This document shows positions 1-13,619 of a stretch of 64,000 bases of DNA, one piece after another. The stretch covers positions 11,816,392 to 11,880,391 of the forward strand of contig CM119264.1 of NCBI GenBank assembly GCA_051294375.1, read 5' to 3'. Origin of the DNA: Paraspadella gotoi (taxonomy: Eukaryota; Animalia; Chaetognatha). The position numbers and the translations under genes were made by a program. Every line of letters starts with the position of its first letter. The first letter of the stretch is position 1. Below the pieces are notes generated by a model. It worked only from the letters and a program-made list of their open reading frames with translations. It made no database searches and was not told the origin of the DNA.

Positions 1-113
1 TCCCTTTTTTCACCACAATACTGACGTTTCTTTTTGGGCGTTTGTTTTTTGTATCCGCTTTATATTTGTCGATTGCGGTTGCGGAAATGGTCATTTGCGA
101 GCCGGTCAAAGAC

Positions 114-1235
114 TAGAGTTCCGATAACCGTTAATTTTTTAGGAAATTCGCCTTTACCGTTAAAACTAACATTTTTAACGGTTAACCGTTAAGATCGGTT
201 AATTTTATAATTTAACTTAAATTTAAAATATTAAGATTTAAAAAAACAAACTAAAGTATTTAATGGTATTTTCTCTTTAACTCTCTGGCTCTTTAATCGC
301 CTAATAAAAACTTGAAACAGAGTCGAAACATGTCTGTTTTTTATGTCAAATAAAATTGTTGTTGTAACAAAACAAATATTATTGCTAATCTCATAACACA
401 ACGAAACAAAAGGATACCATCAAATTCTAATTCATATTTTGTTTTCTCTTTCTCTCTTTTTTGCTTTTTTTTTCTTTCTCTCAACTTCTTCTCTTCCTCA
501 TATATTTTGTAGTTGTTAGTTTCTGATTATTGATAGACTGGTTGATTTATCGATTGATCAAAAGATTTATTGATAATAATATATTTTTCGTTAATTAAAA
601 AGTATATCATCATTATTGAAGGATAGTTTTAGTTAGCCTTAATGTCTTTTTAAGATTCGTTCCTCTATTATTAATTTTAAAATTTTTAAAATAATTTTTT
701 TTATTTGGTTTTTATTATTTTTTTTCATTCATTTGGTTTTATTTCATTTGCTTCTTCGATCGTTTTAAAAAGAAGGAAAGAAAAAAGAGAAAAAGTAAAA
801 TAAAGAGGATTATTTTATTTTTATCTAAATTGAATATATATTATTGCATGGAAGGGCCAAAAAAAAAAAGGAGAAAAAGAAAGGGGGAAAGAAAAAGGGA
901 AAAGTGAGAAAGAAAAAGAAAAAACAGGAGGAGATAAATAAAGAGTAAGAAAGAATAAGAGAGAGATTAGGATAGAAAAAAAATAAAGGAAAAAAGCAGG
1001 GAAAAAGTGTAGAAGAGAGAGAGGGGATAAAAATATGGTGAGAAGGGAGAGGAGAATAAGAGAGAACAGGAAAAAATAGTTTTTTTTTTAAATTTAAAGA
1101 ATTTCATACCAAAAATGAAAAAAATCACATTGAAAATTAACCGAATTAACCGTTAAAATAAATATATTAACGGTTAAGTTAAAATGATTTCTTAACGTTA
1201 ATAACCGTTAACAGTTAACGGTTATCGGAACACTA
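114..1235. mobile_element. Non-autonomous hAT-superfamily DNA transposon (MITE-like, 1122 bp)
   Basis: 21-bp TIRs TAGAGTTCCGATAACCGTTAA / TTAACGGTTATCGGAACACTA (1 mismatch). Perfect 8-bp TSD TCAAAGAC at 106-113 and 1236-1243. Subterminal TAACCGTTAA/TTAACGGTTA repeats at both ends. AT-rich non-coding interior. An 8-bp TSD with TAG termini is typical of hAT. Confidence 0.9.
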
Positions 1236-2028
1236 TCAAAGACCCGTTTATGCAATCTAAAAAGAATAATTAAAATAGGTATCGTTTCCATTTCTTGTAA
1301 CATGTTTAATGTACATATACCGTATAACTATAATCAAAAAAGTAATAAGCCATTTTAATTAATCTAAATGCCATTTAAGAATCCAGGTGCCAGCGAAGCA
1401 TCCATATTTCCCCGCAGCCTTGAAATCTCTTTCTCCGAAGAGAAAAGGTAAAGGAGACACTCGAAACATCACCCCAACTAAATCCCTCTTCAATGCGGAT
1501 CTTTTTCCCATTCGCTCCGCTATTTCCTTCCCTTTGGATACACCGGGCCTGCCCCCAAAAAGGCAAAATTGCAAAATTTATCTCGGAAAAATACACTGCG
1601 AAATGTAAAATTGTACAATGCCTATTGTATCTAGACATTGATTCACATTCAATTTTAGCGCCAGTTAAAAATCCGCTCGTCGTCTTTGTCTCATCGCGAG
1701 GTCAGCGATAATCATTAAACCATCCTCTCACCATCCATAACCCTTAAAGGCGCCATCTCTAAAACCCCTGGCGCCGCCACATTTCCCACGTCCGCACGAC
1801 ATTCCCTTTCCCCCCCCCATCCGCCCCCCTCTTCCCTAGCACTCATCCAGAATGGCGCCTGAGTTCAAGGCGTCAATCATAAAAACGGATTTAGTTTGGC
1901 GCTTTGTAAAAAAAAGGGGGTTAAGAAAGAAAATCACAAAGAGGAAAAAAAAAAATCGCTGACAAAAAAGCGAAGAAAAGAAAGAAATAAAGGCATAGTC
2001 ACACATCCAAAATGGCCGGGAACTTGAG

Positions 2029-2144
<116 letters not shown>

Positions 2145-2819
2145 AAAGACAATCCCTTCCATACGGTCTGAGCGAGACAAAAATTGAAAAAGCACGCAAT
2201 TAAAAAAAAGCGTTTTAAAAAATATTCGCCCATTAAAGAGATTTTTCGTCTTCTAAAAAATAAATAAGAAGTTAAATTAAAATGAAAACCGCAAGCGAAT
2301 TCTTCATTTTCCGAAGCAGAGAAGATAACATTTAAATATTCCTCTTTATTTTTCTTGAGCTCTCGGCGCCCGTCGTTCCATTGCGGAATTAGCGAAAGCA
2401 GCTTTATTGCTTCCACTTTTTATATTTGAAACGTTTTTTCTTTGCGGAAATGAAATCTAAATCTAAATCTAAATCTTCGTAAATAAAATGGCGTTGCGTC
2501 GTCAAGCCGCAAAGGATAATGGTTTCGGAAAGGCTATGAAGACAATGTGGTTTTAAAGATTTGAAAATGGATTATGGTGGAGGGACATCACAAAATCAAA
2601 CTTCTTCCCTTTTCCTATTTAAAATATCAGCCAATACGAAAACATGAAATAAAATCGCTAAAACTTCATAAAATATTCAATACCGCGTGCGCAGCACGAC
2701 TCATTGCAAATTTTGATAATGAACATAACCCGCGCTTAACGAATCGCAATAACAAATGACCGGTGTTCGACTAGCCCCGCCCTTAGCTCGCTAATGCTTT
2801 CCCCATTTATCTTTCACTC

Positions 2820-3140
2820 ATGTTGGCGATTCTCCACAAACCCGAGCAACTGCTAGTTTTACTGTCGATGCTCCTTTTTTTTTCAAGCGGTCGCGTCCCC
2901 GTCGCCACCGTTGCTGCCCCTGAAGCCGCCGCCGCCGCCGCCGCCGCCAACGCGACCTCTGGTGCCTCATTACCTCAAGCTTGTCACTCGACGGGACGCT
3001 TCCGTCGTTCGTTTGATCTCATCTCATCGATGTTTACCTTTGAACGAAAGACTGAAGTGCTGAGAGCGTCTATCACTCTCACCGCGTCACGAGTCCTTCG
3101 ATTCGAACCTAAGTTCGAACACTCCAGGCACTGGTCTTAG
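2820..3140 (+). CDS. Possible small secreted prepro-protein (106 aa), tentative
   Basis: ATG ORF with a hydrophobic N-terminus (LLVLLSMLLFFSSG), poly-Ala, an NAT sequon and an RFRR furin-type site. CCAAT (~2631) and a GC box (CCCCGCCC ~2775) lie upstream. No recognisable family. Confidence 0.25.
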   Translation: MLAILHKPEQLLVLLSMLLFFSSGRVPVATVAAPEAAAAAAAANATSGASLPQACHSTGRFRRSFDLISSMFTFERKTEVLRASITLTASRVLRFEPKFEHSRHWS

Positions 3141-3224
3141 GCTTAGGCTTAGGCCAAGTTCGATTTTATTTTCGTGCCTTGTTGCGGTACGATTTAAGAG
3201 AACCTCACCGCAGTCCCCTTTAAA

Positions 3225-3372
3225 AATCGACTCAATGGCTGGCAGGCTAAATCTCCCCGTTTTAACCGGACATCCCGAGTTCGATCCCGGTACTGGCTAA
3301 ATGTGACAGTTTCGTGAGACGGTCACCGAGGGTTCACAGCCAATTTGTGAGATACCTCTCGCTCCGGGTATG
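3225..3372 (+). mobile_element. Possible degenerate tRNA-derived SINE
   Basis: A-box-like TCGACTCAATGG followed ~40 bp later by B-box-like GAGTTCGATCCC. No complete cloverleaf. A loosely similar segment lies at ~50410-50505. Confidence 0.3.
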
Positions 3373-6062
3373 TCATGCATTATCAACGACGTTCTCGAGT
3401 TGAGTTTCCTCTCTCCCAAGACAGTGCACGCTTTTCTTTGCTCCCTTAAGTTAAGGCTTAACTCAATCTTAACCCCGGCTCAACCCACCATTCCCCCCCC
3501 CCAACTTCCGGCCGCTTCGCCAGCGCGTCAGTCTCTCGAGCGCCAACCCGGAAAAACCGGAAGGGAAAACCGACGCCTCGTCACATCTGATTAACGCAAA
3601 CTTGAACGTAATTGAGATGGGAAGGGGACGGCGGGGGGGAGGGAATGGGGGATGAAGACGGTGGCAGATGGGAAAAGGGATGGCGATTGGTGAATGGATA
3701 AGAAAGAGATGAAGGAAAAAGGATATCGTGGGAATTGAGAGAAAAGGAGATCAATTGGTCAGCGATAAAGAATGAAAACAAATGGATGAGGATTTATGGG
3801 TAAGGTATATTTTAAAGGGAAAGGTAAGAACATCAATGGGAAAGGGATAGCGATGGAATAGAAAGAGAAATGGTGATCGATGGGAAAGTGATAGAGTCGG
3901 ATGAGATAGGGATCAAAAGGAAATGCAGACTTGAGAGTGATGAGAGTGAAGGTTTTTTTTACTCGATATTAATTCAACTCGACAATTTTTTTTCACTGAG
4001 TTAAGCAAGAAGGACTTCTGTGTTGCTTTTCACTGTTTTCCTCTGCAAACATATCACAGGTCAAATGGATTTAAAATGTGAAACGTTGTCAACAATATTT
4101 TTTTTATTTTTTGATGCTGCGCATGGTAAACAAACAGAAGCTTTTAAAGTTTATTTTGATACAACTTAATGTAATATGTAAACGTCAGTAATTAGTTTTC
4201 AAACTAGTAACTAAAGAATAATTCGAAAAAATTCAAAATACGTTTTGAAAAGATATTTTTAATCACTGAGAATTCACAAAAAAAGCTTATTTCTTATTCT
4301 AAACCCAAACATTTTTTTTTCAGCGCGTGATATTTTTGATCCACGACGGTTCCGCTTTCCATATTTGGACTTGTTACCCTCCAAAGTTTTCTATGGAATC
4401 GGAGCTTTCGATTGAAACTGGAGGAAAGCAGACGACGACGACAACGACGACAACCACAAAGAAAAGACGACGACAACGTCTACGACGATGACGACGACGA
4501 AACCGCAGTTAAATAGCCAGAAGCCAATAGCAGACGCACACAATGGAACTAAACTTCATGTGCAGCTTATTTCTCCATTTCTTTAACGGCTCTTTCCCCG
4601 AAAAAGGAAAAAAAAAATTCTCCGGAATCAGACCGTCGACAATGCATACGAATGTATTGAGCAACCAAGGCTTCAAGTCGCCTCATGCATGCGTTTCTAA
4701 AACCGAGGAAATAAATTAACATAAAAAGAGATTCGAGCGAATTTACTTGAAATATGAAGGCTATTTTTCCCCGGCCTCCATTCCCCTCTCCTTCCAACCC
4801 GCCCTCCGGCGAAAAAGAATGAAATGATTAGAAAAAAAAAGGGTGGAAAAGTTGTCTCGGGTGGGTCATTTTCGAATATGAGATTCCGGCGAGATGAATG
4901 GTGAGGGGATGACCCATAAGTGAAGAGAGGGGAACCGTTCGAACCCTCCAAATATCTTTAGCGAAAATTGAGTGGCGTCTTTGGGAGCCGAGTTGTTGAG
5001 ATGGAAAGATGGTTTTCCATTGAAATTTGTTCCAACCCCGAAAAAAACGAAGGGAGGGAAGGGAAGGAAGAGAAACGAAAAGTCAATAAAGAAAATGAAA
5101 GAAAAATTAGTGTTTCTTCGATTGGGAAAAAAAATATTTAATTACAATTACGAACCTTTTTTTAATTTTTAAAACCTGTTTTAATAACTACTATATGCAC
5201 ATAGAGATAACAATATTTTTTTTGCTTTCGTTCTCATTAGACTGACGATCGATAACATAATTCCCAATCGTCTTTGTTTTTAACTAATGTCCCAAATTTA
5301 ACCCATTTTTTTTGGTAACCCCTAAAAAATGACGAAGAAAAATGGGAAATTTCCTTCTCGAACCAGAAGTCGCCTCACGTGAGTCAGTCTCTCTGTCTCA
5401 TTCACAAAGGTAATGTTTAGAAATCATTCATCCTTACTCCTCCGGCCCTACCCAAGCTCAACATTCCCCCCCCCCTACCCCGCCAGAAAATCCCCCAGCT
5501 CGAAAGAGGCGGATGTTTCGCGAGTTGATTTTGAGTTGAGCCGTTATCTTCTTTTCTTGAGCCTCAAACAATCGACGGGCGACGAAAACAAGAAAAACCT
5601 CCTTTCAAATTCTCCACATGAAAATTGGATTCGGCGGACGAGGCCTGCTGCCGCGTCGGCGGGGCTGGGCCCTACGGCGGCGGCTGTGCTGGTGGCGGCG
5701 GGCGGCGGGCGGTGGCGGGCGGTGGCGGCGGCGAACCGTACGTGCGCGTCAAATAAAAAAAAAATCCCTTGGGATTTATATTCTGGTCCCCGTGTCGCTG
5801 GTCGAATTACTGGAAAGTATCCTGGAGGATCCGAGAGGACGAGAGGCGGCGGGAGAAACTTTACAATTTACAATGTGAGAGTTTACTCTGTGGATTATTC
5901 AACCCGAGACTGTCAACCTCATTCTTTTTTTTCAAATAGTGAAAGTATTTCAAAATTATTTTTATTTTCGAATAGTTTTAATAATCTTTTCTCTCTCGAC
6001 CAGTGGCGGTGCATCCGAAAAAAACAATGGAATCACATTTGCGTGAAACGAACTTTTGACCC

Positions 6063-6179
<117 letters not shown>

Positions 6180-7477
6180 AGACTCGATATACGTTCAGAT
6201 TTGCAACTTCGGCAACGTTTCCGAATATCTGGACATTAAGACGAATCGAGTTCCAAGTCCGTTCTTTTTATAACATAATAACTCATTCTCACATTTTACC
6301 ACTAGAACAGTTTCCTTTGAGCAATGAGCATTCTGTCATTCGAAGCTTCAGATTACGCAGACCGAGCGAAGGAATAAAAAACATTAATCTAATTAAATTA
6401 ATCGGAAAGGATCTCTGGCGAAAAATTAAGCGTCAGTTTCAGAAGAAAAAAAAAACCTTCCCGTTTCCACCCCTCACCACCTCTCCCCCTACCACCCCTC
6501 CCACCACAACCACCCCTCCTACCTTTCAAACCCCCTTCCCGACGATTTCAACCCTCGCCAAAAACTTCCCTCCGAAGCGCGACGATGTAAATGTTCGTAG
6601 ATTTAAATTTCGAGGAAGATGGAAACCTTTCTGCGCGGCTCATTTTCTCCGCGCCAGACCGAAAGATGAAGAAGTTATATGGGGGTGGGGGAGAGAGAGA
6701 TGTGGGGGGGAGAAAGGCACGCGGGTCTTGGCCAAGGTTCCATCCGGAAAAAAAGGGCGACTCATATTTCTCTCCTCCGAAATTCCATTTCCCTTCTCCG
6801 CCGCCGCCGCTCGACGTCCCCTTCTCGCGCCACCCTCTATTTGCCCGACCCTCGGCCTCCACCTAGCGGTCCTTAACTCCCCAACAGCCCAAAAATCCAC
6901 CTCAGCTGGATTTCGCTCTTCTCAGCAAAACTTGTTACGAATTTCGATCCTTGGTTCTTCATCGTCGTCGTCGTCGTCGTCGTCGTCGATTCTTTTGTTC
7001 GACTCTTGACTTTGCGAGTTCCGCGAAAATATTGTGAGCGATTTTCAAGACTGAGGAAATTAGGGTCATTATTGGGCTTATTACGCTCAGTTGTGTGAGC
7101 CAATATGGTAAAATAAGGTAAGGGAAGATCACTGCCTGCGAAGGACCTTCACTTTATCTATCTCAACCATGTTTGCACAATTTAAGACGGGAAACAGCGG
7201 CATTAGCTGCCAGAATAATTTTCACTTGACATATGTAATTATGTATGAATGAATGAGGATGGAGGATTGAGGACTAAAAACTTACTGTTGTATCAAATCA
7301 AGTAACATTTTTGCCGAGTTATTAAAGTCAAATAGATTATTTCTTATGATTGTTATGACATTGATTCAAACGCGCCTTCGTTTTCCCATCACATCTCCAG
7401 ATCTCTTCATCACTAAGTCTCGTCTCTGCTTCTCTCGAAGTCTCGAAGACGAATTGAATCAAAAACCCATGATCACT

Positions 7478-7509
<32 letters not shown>

Positions 7510-7595
7510 TCGATCGGCCATTTCCGCCGGCGTCTGGTTCCGCCACGATAATGGAGCGAGTCCAAAAAATGAATTTCCTTCTGCTCTCTTTCATA

Positions 7596-7655
<60 letters not shown>

Positions 7656-8198
7656 ATTTTATCACACAAAGCCTCTTCTCCTTGACCTTTCATTGATGGA
7701 TTTCTTTCAACCTCCGGGCGACGAGAGAGAGAGACAGAGTGAAAGAAAAAGAACCCGAGAGCAAGAGTGAGAGAGAGAGAGAGAGAGAATCTATGATTTA
7801 TTTCCTCTTGCTCGTCCAACCATCGGATACAGATTCGTTAAAATATTTCTTTATCAAATAAAAAACCAAAACAACAAAGAAGATAAGAGACAATTGAAAT
7901 GAATAATTGATTTATGTCTTTTTTTTTAAACGTCTGAAATTAATTTTTTTCTATCAACCCTTAAATAAATAAGTTAGTAAAAATTTAAAGATGGCGTCTA
8001 TTCCACTACATCTTCTCGAAAATCGTGGCTCCGACTTCTCGTAAAATTTCAATCATCAACAAAATTAATTAAATTTCAGTCAATTAATATTTTCTCGTTA
8101 ATTTTACTTGACAGTTTTCCAAGAAATTTTGGGAAATGACGAACAGTGAAGGAGAGAGGGATAATCGGCGATATAGAAAAAGAGAAGAGTGGAGAAGG

Positions 8199-8236
<38 letters not shown>

Positions 8237-8368
8237 GCAGAGAGAGAGAGAGAGATTCTTAAGCGAGTGCTTCCGCTGCATCTTCAAATGTTTGCCGAAA
8301 CAAAGTGAAATTTTTTTCTCCCCGAGAGAAAAAGGAACGACGAGGCAAGGCCAAGTTTTCAAAACGAC

Positions 8369-8459
<91 letters not shown>

Positions 8460-8494
8460 CACCCGCTCAACAATCAATGCATAAAAGAACCCAC

Positions 8495-8602
8495 CCCCGC
8501 CGACGGGCGCGAAATTCTCTCCCGGCCGGGGGCGTGGTCACGTGGTTTACGACTTTCCCAAGAATCTTTGATTATTTTCTCCACGCCCACTTCCGGCGCG
8601 GA
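8495..8602. promoter_or_regulatory. Dense promoter/enhancer-like motif cluster
   Basis: Within ~100 bp: E2F-like GGCGCGAAA (8506-8514), Sp/KLF GGGGCGTGG (8529-8537), E-box GTCACGTGG (8537-8545), KLF CCACGCCC (8581-8588) and ETS CACTTCCGG (8588-8596). Confidence 0.4.
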
Positions 8603-9463
8603 ATCTCTCGTAATTCCGACCTCGGTGATTCTTCCAGCCAGTAATCTTCTTTTTTTGCCGAAAATAAAAAGGAAAGAAAAAAACAAAAAAACAAGAGAGA
8701 TCACCGTTTTCACATTGAAGTTCCTCGACCATTTTCGTGGGAAGCTGGTTTATTGGTTAGTGAATCTGAATATCAGGAGGGGAGAAAAAAGGAGGTTCTT
8801 TCCCAGAGGAATCTTGAAACCACATTGGAGGAAGAGCGGAGAAAGGAGGAAGAGGGAAAGTGGCAGAGAGAAAAAGAAAATAAGACAGTAGAATAATTAT
8901 AAACTAGATCGGATTTTCTGACTCTCTCTTATCTATGACGCCTTGATTTCAGATGTTGTGAGTCCCCTAAATATCGATACATTTACATAAGATGACCTTT
9001 TCTTATAATTCAATGAATTCATTCCCAGATCCTTCTTATTTTCTATCCAGTCTCGTCTTATTTTTTGGCTAATGTACTTTCTAGTTTATACTAACATTGT
9101 TATGGTTTCACTGTTATGTTTATTCCAACTTCAGTAATTAGATTTTCATCTATGGCTTCCTTTGACTTCAAGTTAATTCATTTATATAAAATTGGTGCAA
9201 CTAACATAAAAATTATGTTTTTTTCCCAATATTTCCGTAAATCCGACTTCAGACGAATTCACTCTATTTTTTATCCCACCCGCGGTTTTCTTTCGTCGTT
9301 TTACTTTACAGTCCAAAAAACCCCAGCGACGTAAATTAACGACTTTTTTTTTAAACCGCAAAAAAGAAAAAAAAATCACGAATCCACTCGTCGGTCGATT
9401 TTCGAAGTTCAAGGAGAGAAAGGCAGAGGGCTCTTCTCTTCACGTCCCTAGCAAAAAGAGAGA

Positions 9464-9526
<63 letters not shown>

Positions 9527-9703
9527 AGAGAAAAAAAAATAAGCTCCTGCATTGTATATTCAATTCTTACCATCAATGGCTTCGGGGAAGGTGGACTGCG
9601 ATGTCCCTTTTGGGAACATAAATTGCCTCTTTAAGAGCGGGGAAAGAAAGGGTGGAAAGGGAGGTATTGGATGGGTAAGCAGGGGTAACAGCGAAACGGA
9701 GAA

Positions 9704-9759
<56 letters not shown>

Positions 9760-10526
9760 GAGAGAAGAGGGAAAGAGAAAGAGTGAAAGGAGAGAGGGAA
9801 TGAGAGAGAAGAGAAAAATAGTGAAAGAGAGAGAAAGAGAGAGAGAAAGAGAGAGATGGAAAAGAGAGAGAGATGAGGGGAAAGAGAGAGAGAGAGAGAG
9901 AGAGATAGAGAGATAGAGAGAGGGTAGAGTCGAAGGAAGGGATTGAAAAGCGATGAAAAAAGTTATTTAAATTTAAAACCTTTGAGACTGAAACCATTTT
10001 CTATCTATCAAGCGAATCTCTTTGCAGTTTGGGAATTAAAAAACGAAACGAATGGTAAAAATCATTGAAAAAAAATTGAAAAAACAGAAAAACAAAAATG
10101 ATGATTGCAATGTGTTTCGCCTCACTGACTTTATTTTCTTAGCTCGTGCATTTATGACATGCACTGCATCGAAAATCCGTCTTTTATTCTTTATAGTTTT
10201 AGGATTTCCTGGATGCGGCGCTAGCAGTCACTTAGATTTGAGATTTTTTTTCTGTCTTAACAAATGAGCAACCAACTATAGGCGAACTATATGCATTTTT
10301 AACGAAAGTGGAACAGACCGACCGACAGACCGACCGACGTGCGGCGGAACTAAAAAGGAGAAGAATAAACAAGGCGTACAATGACTGTACATAGGCGAAA
10401 ACAAAAAAGAAAAACCTTTTGGTTGTTTTTTTAGTTTTCTGTACGTTTACAAAACATTGTAAACTCACGAATATAGCTAAAAATCAAATCGTTTTAAGGA
10501 AATAATTTTTGTACCGTCAAGTGACA

Positions 10527-10570
<44 letters not shown>

Positions 10571-12157
10571 GCTCCTCTCTTCATCTCCTCTCCTCTTCAC
10601 TCTCCTCTGTCTCTCTCTCTCTCACTTCCTCCTTCTCTCTCTCTCGTCCTCTCGTCCTCTCTCTCTCTCCCCGTTTCTCGTTTGGATGAGCGCGCGCCCC
10701 ACGGAGTCGAACGAGTTAATAACGTTCCCGGCTGAAACGGTTGGCGCTTGCTGGCTCTTGGGTTCTGAGTGGAGCGGAAATGCCACCGTGTGGGTCGAAG
10801 GGAATATTAGTTGAGTGCCATCGCCACTTTTGCTGTTGAGTCTGGCTTCGGTTGAAAGATGAGAACGCCAATGAGTGAGAGTGTAAATTGAGAAAGCCGT
10901 GAAAATGAGAGTGACAGATTGTGGGGAGTGTTTTAATGGCGGAGGAAGCATAAAGGAGTGGAAGTTAAGTATGAAACAAAATGACCTTTGTCTTACAAAT
11001 TGTATTGTTAGAATGATACCATGTATATGACGCTAAAAAGATTAAACGATAATGGCGTAAGGGGTGGATGAAAAACGGCATAACTCCGGGAGGGAATTAC
11101 AATAAATGTTAAATAAAACATATGGAAGCCATGCAGCTAAACGGTGGGTAAGCGAGAATGAGAGTTAAAGCGGAAGAGCAGACAGAGTAGAAAAATGTAT
11201 AGCGTCTCGTTCGGCGAGTCGAGCCATTAATGAGAGAAAGGGGCCGAGGGGCGTGGAATGATGCACGCGTCCACCTGAACCGCTTATATGAGCCCGAAAG
11301 TCTTTTAAGTTCGGAGCCGAATGGGAGACTCCGATTTCTTTTCTTAGCATTCCCTTTCCTTACTTTAAGGACTTTTTAAAATTCCCGTTTTAAAAGTTGA
11401 AAATGATTTTTTTTTTGTATCGGCCTCTTAGAATATTTCCGTGTCTTAGACCGAGCCGAGGGTTGCTGAATACCACGCAGCAGCAGCTGCAAGGCCGAAG
11501 CCAATCGGCCGAGCGCGAAAAAAAATGTTGAAAAAAATCCTGAATCACTTTGAATTATCATCCGCCTACATCACGCGCGTCATTCGAGCGCGACCAGAGC
11601 GTCTGGCGCCAAAAGATTCCTGCTTTTTTTGAATGAATGCATTTCTGGTCGTCCAGAAGAGTCGATTTAGTTCCCATGATCTTCTTTATAGACGTGTGTT
11701 AATCATTCAGCTGTGTCTCTCTCTCCAGCTCCCTCTATCTCCTAGACATAGTAACACCTGAGCGTGAGTAATATAAGAATTAAAGGCTTGAAGAAAAACT
11801 AGGAAAAAATAAGTTAAATGGACTTAAGTACTTTTCCCGATTTTAGCCTCCGCTTCCGAACCTCTCTTTCTCTGCCCAACCCTCTTCTTTTTTCTGCTCA
11901 CTTGACACATTCTTCATCTTTCTCTCTCTTCTCTCTCTGTCTCTTTCTTCTCTAGAGCGAATAAAAACCTCCTCACACCGATTTTGTTTTATTCTCCGAC
12001 GCGGAATCCGTCTCCGGAATCTCACGCAGAGTTTCTCGGCATTTCTCGGAAATGCTCGGCGGAATCCGCAATCATTTCTCTTGCTTTTCCGGGAGTCACT
12101 AAGGACGAACTCGAGGAACATGAGTCACGCGATTAAGGAAAGAGATGTGAGTGTGGA

Positions 12158-12196
<39 letters not shown>

Positions 12197-12585
12197 AGAG
12201 AGATCGAGAGAAGAGGAAAGAGAGGTGAGAGAGAGAAGAGAGAGAGAAGAGAGCGAGAAGAGAGAGTATGAATGGATTTTATAACTGAAGTCATTGGAGG
12301 GAAAAATCGAAATTTAGAGAAATGGCGCGGATGAACTTTGAGAGGGGAAGAATAGGGCAGAAGAGAGAGAGAGAGAGAGAGAAAGAGAAGAGAGAGAGAG
12401 AGAAAGAGAGAGAGAGAGGAGAGAGAGAGAAGAAAAGAGTTAAAAATGTGGAAATCATAAAAAGAGGGAGAAAGAAAAGAAAGATAAAGAAAAACTAAGA
12501 GAAAAAATGTTATCAAAGATTGCAGGAAAGTTGATGGCAAAAAGTGAGAAAAGAAAGATAGAGAGAGAGAGAGAGAGAGAAGAGC

Positions 12586-12620
<35 letters not shown>

Positions 12621-12961
12621 TACTGAGAGGATTCGGGTGAAGGTTCATTATTTTTCCCGTCGAAGTAAGTTGCTTCTCGGTCGCTTGGGGGTAAAATTTT
12701 ATTAGGCCACGGAGTCTCGGAGGAGATAAAACACCATAAAATCTTCATTTAATTCACACATCGGTTGAATTAACGATAGTAACAAATGAAGGTAACCCGT
12801 CAAAAGCCTTCGAGGGAAAAATTCATTGAAATTAAATGAGCTCTGTCATTTTTCCATAAGGTTACGACTATATATTTATAACCAAAAAAAAACATGAATA
12901 TAGGAAACTTGTTTAAATGAAATTTGATATCAAATATTTAATTTTAGAAGGTCATCGATAA

Positions 12962-13327
12962 GTAAAAGATCGCAGCGCTGCCGCGACGGCTTCGCTGCGC
13001 GACCCCGCAACCCTTCGAACCGCGAACTCGTCAGAAACTAAAGGGCAGAAAACAGAGGACGCGGCGGCGGGTGGTTCCCCGCACCGAAAACCTAAAGGGG
13101 CAGAAAGCGGCCACAATCCCAGACAATTACCAACAACCTAAAACCTAAAAGTCTGTAACGAAGCGAGCGGCCGGCGCTCGCGCGCTCCGCGAGATCTCGT
13201 AACAATTCTCGAGAGTCTAGCGAGCGGTCCGGACTCGCAGCGTAAGCCATCGTTGCCAACTGCGACAAATTTGGCGTCGGCCATAGTTCCGTCGGCGTCT
13301 TAACGCTTTAAGGGGCCTGCATCTTTA
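12962..13327. mobile_element. Possible small non-autonomous element (GC-rich, palindrome-rich; second copy 20601-20963)
   Basis: GC island in AT-rich DNA. Imperfect terminal inverted match (GTAAAAGATCGCAGCGC vs GGGCCGCCATCTTTAC in copy B). Internal direct repeat CTAAAGGG(G)CAGAAA x2, AACCTAA repeats, hairpin GCGAGCG-gccgg-CGCTCGC. Confidence 0.35.
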
Positions 13328-13619
13328 TTTTAGACAGACAAACAAATGTCGTGAGAATCATAAGAAAAGAATAAGAAATGCCGAAGGGGGTTCTTCCTTA
13401 AAAATAACAAAAGCAAAGTTTAAAATTTTGGAAAAAAAAAATTTTTCCCATTTCCCCAAAACATTTTCGTTTGAAACAATAAAAAAAAGATTCAACATGT
13501 TTTCAACCGGAGGAAAAGGTGGTCTTCAAAAATGGAGAAATATTTTTTACCGACGATCATAGTTAATTGGATTGTCAGTTAATTAACATCGAGAATAATA
13601 TGCAATTTGGCATTTAATT

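Noticed and set aside
3137-3154. (TTAGGC)3 nematode-type telomeric repeat
   Set aside because: Only three internal units, which is too short to indicate a telomere or a taxon.
3225-3300. Functional tRNA gene
   Set aside because: A B-box-like motif is present but I could not build acceptor and anticodon stems. Kept only as a possible SINE.
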